Assembly (NCBI RefSeq): GCF_000015225.1
Contig: NC_008698.1
Location: 1,290,001 to 1,322,000, forward strand
DNA from: Thermofilum pendens Hrk 5
GTDB taxonomy: Archaea > Thermoproteota > Thermoprotei > Thermofilales > Thermofilaceae
DNA length: 32,000 bases
Reading direction: 5' to 3'
Positions 6,867 to 13,732 of the stretch are shown in pieces; within the stretch, counting starts at the first letter, position 1; every line of letters starts with the position of its first letter. The position numbers and the translations under genes are program-made. The notes under the pieces were generated by a model that did no database searches, was not told the origin of the DNA, and saw nothing but the letters and a program-made list of their open reading frames with translations.

Positions 6867-7266
6867 TGCCTCGGCCCTCTATCCTTTCATGAAGTTGTCC
6901 CGTGATCCCCGCGCGCTAGCTCCTCGAGGGCGCCGCCGTGCTCGACTTAACGCTGTACGAGGTTCTTAACGCCGTTGTAGTGGAGGGGCGCAGAGGGCTT
7001 CTCAGGGACTCTCGCTCGGCTGTATCGTCGCTAATCGAGTACTTGTAGGTGGTACGAGTCGAGCCCGAGGATCTCCAGGCCATAGCTGAGGCGGCTGTAG
7101 AGTTCGGCCTCACGGCTTACGACGCGGCTTACGTCCACTACGCTAGGGCACGAGGCTCGTTACTAGTGACAGGGAGTTGCTGGAGAAGGCTGGGGGTGTC
7201 GCCGTATCGGCGGAGGAGTGGTTGAGGGAGACTCTGCACCGCAGTAACCAAGGACGGAGCGTCTAA
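6856..7266 (+). pseudogene. vapC: Decayed PIN-domain toxin gene (vapC) with two frameshifts and one in-frame TAG
   Basis: PIN-like segments are found in shifting frames. VLVDASALYPFMKLSRDPRA runs from 6856. LLEGAAVLDLTLYEVLNAVVVEGRRGLLRDSRSAVSSLIEYL-TAG(7046)-VVRVEPEDLQAIAEAAVEFGLTAYDAAYVHYARARGSLLVT runs from 6920. RELLEKAGGVAVSAEEWLRETL...* runs from 7171 and ends at TAA 7264-7266. No intact ORF is listed in the track for this region. Confidence 0.55.
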
Positions 7267-7355
7267 GCCTCGGAGGGGCGAAAACCTTGGTAGACGGGCT
7301 TGGCACGCATTCTCACGGAATCTGAGTCTAGAGGAGGCTATCACGCTAATGCTTC

Positions 7356-7682
7356 TTACTCAGCCGCCGGCTTTAAGCGGTACCCGCCGCGGGCCGGGCT
7401 CTTAGGGCTACCGCTCCTCACTATCCTAACCCCTCTCGTGTCGACCCCGAGCTCCCTGAGCTTTGCGGCGAGCTCGGACAGCGTCTTTGCCTCGGCGAGG
7501 GTCTCTCCACCCTTAACTGCAAGGTAGCGCACATTTTCCTCTATCTCCAGGGAGGCTAGGTAGCTCCTGAGGGCGTCCTCGACCACCCTGGATACCCTTC
7601 TCCTCGACCCGTAGAGAGCCTCCGCGGCCCTTCTCAGGCGCTCTGCCAGGTCGTCGTCTATCGAAACGGTCAACCTCGCCAC
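7356..7682 (-). CDS. Ribbon-helix-helix (CopG-like) DNA-binding protein
   Basis: 108-aa ORF. MARLTVSIDDDLAERLRRAAEALYGSRRRVSRVVEDALRSYL is a classic RHH N-terminus. The C-terminal half was not recognised. Confidence 0.65.
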   Translation of the reverse strand: MARLTVSIDDDLAERLRRAAEALYGSRRRVSRVVEDALRSYLASLEIEENVRYLAVKGGETLAEAKTLSELAAKLRELGVDTRGVRIVRSGSPKSPARGGYRLKPAAE

Positions 7683-7761
7683 GAGATGTAAGAGGGCTCC
7701 GCGAATTTAAGCTTACTTGCACGGGCACCTAGCTGAGCACGGGCCCCGGCTGCACTGTTGC

Positions 7762-8874
7762 TCACCGCGTGGCTCGGAGTGCTCTTTCGACTAGCTCCTC
7801 GACGGGGACGTAGTCGTAGTCGAAGCCGAAGTGCCTGGGTCCGAAGTACCTGAGCCCCTCGGGCGTCCTCCAGATCTCCGGCGCCTTCGCGGCCACCCCG
7901 TGTACCTTGTCGCCGACCTTCAGCTCCGTGTTCGTGACGGGCTCGCCGTCGTCCCTGAGCAGGGAGAAGAGGTCGGGAGGCATTACCGCGGGCTCGCCGT
8001 CCACCCAGACCATTATGTGCTCGTTCTTTATCCAGGTCCTTAGGGTCCTCCCCCTGTACTCCCCCGTCCCCCTCACAACGGCCTCCCCCAGCAGGAAGCC
8101 GCCCTCGTCCCTCCACTCGTACCTCTCGACCACGCCCTCGAAAACCCTCCACCCGCCCAGGGCGCGCGTAGCCGCAGCCACGGGGCCCCTCCCCTCCTCC
8201 CTGGCCCTCAGCACCTCCTCGCCGACCCTCATCGCCCTCGACACCGTCCCCCTAACCACGGCCCTAGCCGCCTCGCCGCGCCTCATCGGCGTATCCGCCA
8301 CGGCGGCGCGCCCTCCCCCGAGCACCGAGAGGTGCCTCACTACCGCCTCGTAGTCGTCGATGCTCGCGTACTCCTTAACCACGACCACGTCTCCGCTAGC
8401 GGTCACGGCGGCCGAGGGGCACAGCGGGACCCCTGCGACGATCGCGGAGCACTGGTGCACCTCGGGCGCCGCCCTCCCGACGAGGTCACCGTCGACGGCC
8501 GGGACTCCGAGCTCGGCGGCTAGGCTGAGGGCTGCCGCGGTGTTCCCGCCGCCCATCTCGTTCGGGACTATCGCCGCAACCCTCCCGCCCAGAACCTTCT
8601 CCAGCTCCTCGACAGCCCTCCTCAAGGGGTCGGCGATCCTGCGCTCCCTAGCCGCCGCGGCGCCCGGGGCTATCGAGCCGACGTTGTACGCCGTGACCGC
8701 GAAGCCCTCCTCCGGGAGCTCGCCGACGTCGACGATCCTCACGGGCAACCCCCTCCGCAGGGCGTCTAGGATCGCTGCCAGCCCCCGCGAGGGGCTCCCG
8801 CCACCGCCCGTCCCCAGGATTGTAGCGCCGAGCACCAGGGCCCTCGCCTGCCTCTCCGTCCTAACCTCTATCAC
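7762..8874 (-). CDS. DUF917-family protein (hydantoinase-associated-like)
   Basis: 370-aa ORF with a GTG start. LGATILGTGGGGSP near the N-terminus and the overall size recall the DUF917 family. This is motif-level recall only. Confidence 0.6.
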   Translation of the reverse strand: MIEVRTERQARALVLGATILGTGGGGSPSRGLAAILDALRRGLPVRIVDVGELPEEGFAVTAYNVGSIAPGAAAARERRIADPLRRAVEELEKVLGGRVAAIVPNEMGGGNTAAALSLAAELGVPAVDGDLVGRAAPEVHQCSAIVAGVPLCPSAAVTASGDVVVVKEYASIDDYEAVVRHLSVLGGGRAAVADTPMRRGEAARAVVRGTVSRAMRVGEEVLRAREEGRGPVAAATRALGGWRVFEGVVERYEWRDEGGFLLGEAVVRGTGEYRGRTLRTWIKNEHIMVWVDGEPAVMPPDLFSLLRDDGEPVTNTELKVGDKVHGVAAKAPEIWRTPEGLRYFGPRHFGFDYDYVPVEELVERALRATR

Positions 8875-8934
8875 CGCGCAGACCCCGGGTTAACGCCGCT
8901 ACAAACCTAAATAACCCTCGGCCGGAAGTAACGC

Positions 8935-10320
8935 ATGGGTATGAAGGCAAAGACCCTCGCACTGCTAGTAGCAGTAGCAGTGGTCGCCGCCTACGTGATG
9001 TTCACGGCGCCTAAAATGCTACCCCAGCAGCCGGCTACAGCGCCCGCCGAGAAGCCTAGAAACGCCACAGTCGCTCTGAGGGTTCACGGCGTTGGGGCCC
9101 TGCTCGTCAACGGCTCAAGCTACGTGAACACCACCCTGACGCTCAGGGTTCCGGCGGTCCTGGCTATCAACGCGTCGGCGCCGAAGGGCTGGAGGCTGAA
9201 AACGCTGATGGTGAACGGGTCGCCCGTTTTACCTGGCGTAGCGAAGGTGTATGGGAACACTACCGTCGAGGCTGTGTTTGAAAGGGTTTTCTGCACTGTT
9301 TACCTGCGCGCGAACGTCGAGGGTGCTGGGGCTAGGGTTAACGGCTCCCTCTACCGGCTCCCGGCGTCCGTCGAGGTTCCGTGCCCGTCGACAGTGCTCG
9401 TCGAGCCCGTAGCCCCGGGCGGCTACAGGCCCGTCAACTCCTCGGCCGCGCTGGAGGTCTCCTCGAACTCCTCGTTGCTCCTAGTCTTCGAGAGGTCCAG
9501 GAGGGTGGCGCGGTTCGTCAACGTCAGGGTCCCCGTCTCCCTCAACGGGACTGTCTACGCGGGGGACTTCGAGGTGGGCTTCGAGGGGGTGCTTAGGCTG
9601 AACCTCTCGCCTTACGGCGTGGACGACGCTGGTTGCGTGCCGTTCAACGAGACCGTCAAGGTGTGCCTCGAGGGGTGGAGGAGGCTCTCGACGAACCAGA
9701 CGCTCAGGGCGAGGTGGCTCGCGCTCAACCTCTCGGATAGCGAGGTATTCGAGCAGGTGTGGGGCTATGCGCCCGCGAAGCTCGAAGGAGCAGTCATAGA
9801 GCTGATAGCCGGCAACACCACCGTGAAGACCGTCGCGCAGCCCTCCAAGATGATGGTCGTACCCTTCCGCGCCGTGTACAAGTACCTGGGCAACGGCTGG
9901 TTCTGGGTAAACGGCTCCGACTGGGTCTTCTACATATCCATGCCTCCCTGGAAGAAGATAAAAGTAGAGCTCAACTACACGGCTTGGGGAGGAGCATGGG
10001 GAAGGCTCGCGGTGGTCGTCAGGAACGACAACCTATACTTCGACGTGGGCGCAGCCTTAGGCAACACGCCTACGCTCACCTGCGTGATAGACAGGGGCAT
10101 AATCGACCTCTTCTACCCCTGGACCTTTAAGAGCGAAGACGAGATCAACCGACTCTTCATACAAACGGACTACTCCAAGTACTTCTCCTGCGCAACTTGG
10201 GAGAGGAGGACAGCCGCGGGGCCATCGCTCCGCGTAGAGCCGGGAATGAAGCAGGGAGACCTGAGGTTCGATGGCACAGGGGAAGCCTACATAAGGATAA
10301 CGATACTCGAGCAACCCTAA
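8935..10320 (+). CDS. Secreted or membrane-anchored protein with many N-glycosylation sequons
   Basis: 461-aa ORF with ATG start and a TATA-like CTAAATAA at 8907-8914. There is an N-terminal hydrophobic segment KTLALLVAVAVVAAYVMF. I counted 17 N-x-S/T sequons (NAT, NGS, NTT, NAS and others). No family was recognised. Confidence 0.7.
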   Translation: MGMKAKTLALLVAVAVVAAYVMFTAPKMLPQQPATAPAEKPRNATVALRVHGVGALLVNGSSYVNTTLTLRVPAVLAINASAPKGWRLKTLMVNGSPVLPGVAKVYGNTTVEAVFERVFCTVYLRANVEGAGARVNGSLYRLPASVEVPCPSTVLVEPVAPGGYRPVNSSAALEVSSNSSLLLVFERSRRVARFVNVRVPVSLNGTVYAGDFEVGFEGVLRLNLSPYGVDDAGCVPFNETVKVCLEGWRRLSTNQTLRARWLALNLSDSEVFEQVWGYAPAKLEGAVIELIAGNTTVKTVAQPSKMMVVPFRAVYKYLGNGWFWVNGSDWVFYISMPPWKKIKVELNYTAWGGAWGRLAVVVRNDNLYFDVGAALGNTPTLTCVIDRGIIDLFYPWTFKSEDEINRLFIQTDYSKYFSCATWERRTAAGPSLRVEPGMKQGDLRFDGTGEAYIRITILEQP

Positions 10321-10432
10321 AAGAATTCGCGCGGCGTGGCTACCGGCGATAGTAATCCTTAAAGCACCTTCACCAGCTATCGTGGCGTTGACGAGCGTTC
10401 TTCGCTAGCCTTATTAGCCCGGCTGTCCGGCT

Positions 10433-11275
10433 TTGCTTGTGAGGCTCGGGGTTTCGACTTACTCGTACTGGCACTTCGAGGGGCCTAGGTTGCCGCTGAG
10501 GGAGTACTTGAGGAGGGCCTACGAGGACGGCTTCGCGGGGGTCGAGGTTCTCGTGGACCACGTGGAGTCGAGGGCTAGGAGCTACCTGAAGGAGGTTAGG
10601 AGGTTCGCGTTCGAGCACGGCCTCGAGATATACGCCGTCGCGCTTCACAACAACTTCGTTAGGCCTGACCCCGCGGAGAGGGAGGCGGAGGTTAAGCGTG
10701 TCGTGGAGTGGCTTAACGTTGCCTACGAGCTCGGCGCGGACGTAGTCCGGGTGGACTCTGGGAGGTGGGGCACGGTGAAGAGCTTCGATGAGCTGATGGC
10801 GAGGAGGGGTGTTGAGCCACCGCTCGAGGGCTACAGCGAGGACGACGCCGTGGAGTGGGTGGTGGACTGCCTGTACCGGTGCCTCGACGCGGCCGAGGAG
10901 CTCGGGGTTATAGTGGGGCTGGAGAACCACTGGGGTCTCACCACGAGGGCTGAGACTATGCTTAAGATAGTGAGGAGGGTTAGCTCGAGGTGGTTCGGCG
11001 TCGTCATGGATACCGGGAACTTCGTCCACGACACTTACAGCGAGCTGGAAGCCATAGCGCCCTACGCCGTCATGGTTCACGCGAAGACTTACTTCGGCGG
11101 CGGCGTGTGGTACACGCTGGACCTCGACTACGGCAGGATATTCGGCATGCTCCGGAGGCACGGCTTCAAGGGGTGGGTTTCCCTCGAGTACGAGGGGAGG
11201 GAGGACTACTCCTCGGGCGTGAGGAAGAGCAGGGAGCTGTTGATGCGCTACGTCGGGGGCGGGACCTGTGGTTAA
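10433..11275 (+). CDS. Sugar-phosphate isomerase/epimerase (xylose-isomerase-like TIM barrel)
   Basis: 280-aa ORF starting at TTG 10433 or GTG 10439. RLGVSTYSYW..., GFAGVEV, LGADVVRVDSG, VGLENHWGLT and GWVSLEYEG are typical strand-end motifs of the AP-endonuclease-2/xylose-isomerase-like TIM family. Confidence 0.7.
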   Translation: MLVRLGVSTYSYWHFEGPRLPLREYLRRAYEDGFAGVEVLVDHVESRARSYLKEVRRFAFEHGLEIYAVALHNNFVRPDPAEREAEVKRVVEWLNVAYELGADVVRVDSGRWGTVKSFDELMARRGVEPPLEGYSEDDAVEWVVDCLYRCLDAAEELGVIVGLENHWGLTTRAETMLKIVRRVSSRWFGVVMDTGNFVHDTYSELEAIAPYAVMVHAKTYFGGGVWYTLDLDYGRIFGMLRRHGFKGWVSLEYEGREDYSSGVRKSRELLMRYVGGGTCG

Positions 11276-12689
11276 GGAGTACGCGCTGGAGTGGATAGAC
11301 GGCTACAGGGAGAGGCTGGTCAAGGTCTCCGACGCGATCTGGGAGTACGCGGAGCTCGGCCTCAGGGAGTTCAAGTCCTCCAGGCTCCTCGCGGGCGAGC
11401 TCGAGAGGCACGGCTTCAGGGTCGAGATGGGGGTCGCCGGGATGCCCACCGCCTTCGTCGCGACGTGGGGTAGCGGGAGGCCCGTCATCGGGATCCTCGG
11501 GGAGTACGACGCGCTGCCGGGGCTCTCCCAGAAGGTTGTCCCGTGGAGGGAGCCCCTCGTCCCCGGGGCGCCGGGGCACGGGTGCGGGCACAACATCCAC
11601 GGGGCTTCCGGGATGGCGGCGGCGCTCGCCGTCAAGGCGGCGATGGAGAGGGAGGGGCTGGGGGGCACTGTGAAGTTCTTCGGTTGCCCGGCGGAGGAGA
11701 ACTTCAGCGGCAAGGTGTTCATGGTGCGCGACGGAGTGTTCGAGGGCGTTGACGCTGTTCTCAGCCACCACCCCGGCGACATGAACGCGGCTACGCTTAA
11801 GAGTAGCCTTGCGGTGAACTCCGCGAGGTTCCACTTCTACGGGAGGGCTTCCCACGCCGGCGCGTCGCCGGAGGAGGGGAGGAGCGCGCTCGACGCCGTC
11901 CAGCTGATGAATATAGGCGTGGAGTTCATGAGGGAGCACTTGCCGCAGGACGCGAGGGTCCACTACGTCGTGGAGAGGGGTGGGGGCCAGCCGAACGTTG
12001 TCCCAGAGTACGCGAGGGCCTGGTACTACGTCAGGGCGCCGGAGAGGGAGGAGGTCGAGAGGATATACAGCTGGGTCGTGGACATAGCGAGGGGAGCCGC
12101 GCTGATGACGCAGACGAGGGTCGAGGTGGAGTTCCTCGAGGGTGTCTACAACCTCCTGCCGAACAGGGTTCTCGCGGAGCTCGTCGTGGGGAACATGCGC
12201 GAGGTTGGGCTACCGGAGTACAGCGAGGAGGACTTGAGGTTCGCCGAGGAGATAGCCAAGACGATACCGAGGGAGGTGAAGGTGGGCCAGCTGAGGAAGT
12301 CCGGGAGGCCCGGCTGGGAGCGGCTCGTGGACAAGCTCATCGACGACGAGGTCCCGGACCCGTGGGGCGAGGGGACGGTGATGCACGGCTCGACGGACGT
12401 AGCCGACGTCAGCTGGCAGGCGCCAACACTGGAGTTCAGCACCGCCGCCTGGGTCCTCGGAACCCCCGCGCACTCCTGGCAGGCAGTCGCCCAGTCAGCC
12501 GCCGGGATCGGGCACAAGGCGCTGATCTTCGCGTCGAAGGTGCTGGCCGCCTCGGCCCTCGACCTGCTCACGAAGCCCGAGATCCTGGAGAAGGCGAAGG
12601 AGGAGCACAAGAGGAGGCTCGCCGGGCGCGTCTACAGATCCCCGCTACCACCGGGCCACAAGCCCCCGCTCGACGCGTGGGAGAAGTAG
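11268..12689 (+). CDS. M20-family amidohydrolase (AbgB/aminoacylase-like)
   Basis: 473-aa ORF whose GTG start overlaps the upstream gene by 8 nt. The metal-binding block GHGCGHNIHGASGMAAA, plus PAEE and SHHPGD, is typical of M20D amidohydrolases. Confidence 0.8.
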   Translation: MVKEYALEWIDGYRERLVKVSDAIWEYAELGLREFKSSRLLAGELERHGFRVEMGVAGMPTAFVATWGSGRPVIGILGEYDALPGLSQKVVPWREPLVPGAPGHGCGHNIHGASGMAAALAVKAAMEREGLGGTVKFFGCPAEENFSGKVFMVRDGVFEGVDAVLSHHPGDMNAATLKSSLAVNSARFHFYGRASHAGASPEEGRSALDAVQLMNIGVEFMREHLPQDARVHYVVERGGGQPNVVPEYARAWYYVRAPEREEVERIYSWVVDIARGAALMTQTRVEVEFLEGVYNLLPNRVLAELVVGNMREVGLPEYSEEDLRFAEEIAKTIPREVKVGQLRKSGRPGWERLVDKLIDDEVPDPWGEGTVMHGSTDVADVSWQAPTLEFSTAAWVLGTPAHSWQAVAQSAAGIGHKALIFASKVLAASALDLLTKPEILEKAKEEHKRRLAGRVYRSPLPPGHKPPLDAWEK

Positions 12690-12712
12690 CTACGCCTGGA
12701 GACGGCGCCCTC

Positions 12713-12734
12713 CCCGGCAATGCACCTTGCCGGG
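12713..12734. terminator. GC-rich hairpin between convergent genes
   Basis: CCCGGCAA-TGCACC-TTGCCGGG forms a perfect 8-bp stem with a 6-nt loop. It lies in the 47-nt gap between the M20 stop (12689) and the CPBP stop (12737). No adjoining T-tract is present, so terminator function is uncertain. Confidence 0.25.
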
Positions 12735-12736
12735 AA

Positions 12737-13672
12737 TCAACGACTCCCGCGGTCCTCCCTGACGCTCCCACCCGCGAGGCCCGGCTCGCCGGGCTTGGCA
12801 CCCTCCGGCAACCTCTCCGCGCGCCTCCTGCGCCCCGCCACCGCCCATAGGGCTACGGCGACGATAGCCCACGCCGCGACACCGAGGACCCCCATGCCGA
12901 GGAGGAGCTCTCCCTCCGCGCCCCTGAGCCTCGAAGCCGCCACCGTCAACCCCCAGAGCGCGTTCATAGCCCCGTGGAGCGAGGCCGCCGGCAACACGCT
13001 ACCGGAAGCCGTGGTCGCGAGGAGGAGTGGGTAGGTGGCCGCGGAGAGAAGCGCGGAGTAGGGCAGGAGCCCGAGGAGCCTGGACTCGGGGTAGTTGTAG
13101 CCGAGGAGGATCGTCGCCGGCGCGTGCCACAACGCCCACGCAACGCCGACCACGAGCGTCGACTTGAGCCCCGGCTCGCCGCCCAGCAACCTGTACGCGT
13201 AGCCCCTCCAGCCGAGCTCCTCGCCCAGGGCTAGCGCGGCGTTCACGGTCACCGCGGCCAGGTAGGCGGACGCTATGCCGGCAACGGCGAGCGCGGGGGC
13301 GAGCGCCGAGGGAGCGCCGGAGCGCTCGAGGGCCTTGGCCAACAGCTCCACGTAGGCGTCGAAGTCGAAGAGCCCCAGGAGGGTTGCGAGCACCGCGTAA
13401 ACCCCGAGCGCAGCGTAGGCCACGAGGGGGGAGAGCAGGTAGAGCTTCAAGGCCGAGGAGGGGGAGCCCAGGAAGCCCCTAACCCCCCACCCCGTACCGT
13501 TAACCCTGTCGGCGAGCCACACCGCGAGGGCCACGCTCCACATCCTCGCCGCGCCCCACGCAACCGTCGCCAGCGCCCCCCGAAAACCCGAGGCATACAC
13601 CGCTACGTCGATAGCCGTTGCAAGCGCGTACGCGATGGCCAGGAAGGCCGCCAGGCGGCGCCACGCGCCCAT
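12737..13672 (-). CDS. CPBP-family (CAAX/Abi-type) intramembrane metalloprotease
   Basis: ORF 12737-13705 with a TTG start. ATG 13672 is preferred because a TATA-like GGATATAGG (plus strand 13707-13715) lies about 35 nt upstream. The protein is multi-pass hydrophobic and carries the three CPBP motifs: GEELGWRGY (EExxxR), WALWH (FxxxH-like) and HGAMNA (HxxxN). Confidence 0.75.
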   Translation of the reverse strand: MGAWRRLAAFLAIAYALATAIDVAVYASGFRGALATVAWGAARMWSVALAVWLADRVNGTGWGVRGFLGSPSSALKLYLLSPLVAYAALGVYAVLATLLGLFDFDAYVELLAKALERSGAPSALAPALAVAGIASAYLAAVTVNAALALGEELGWRGYAYRLLGGEPGLKSTLVVGVAWALWHAPATILLGYNYPESRLLGLLPYSALLSAATYPLLLATTASGSVLPAASLHGAMNALWGLTVAASRLRGAEGELLLGMGVLGVAAWAIVAVALWAVAGRRRRAERLPEGAKPGEPGLAGGSVREDRGSR

Positions 13673-13732
13673 AAAGCCGCACCAGGGGAAACGGGCGAGG
13701 GGCAAGCCTATATCCTTACCGGTCCTTCCAGG

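Noticed and set aside
7168-7180. 13-nt identity (GACAGGGAGTTGC) between the 5' end of spacer 3 (25382-25394) and the vapC pseudogene
   Set aside because: The match is too short. A 13-mer match between about 220 nt of spacers and 64 kb of two-strand sequence is not far from chance expectation, and the match does not extend. It is not treated as self-targeting.
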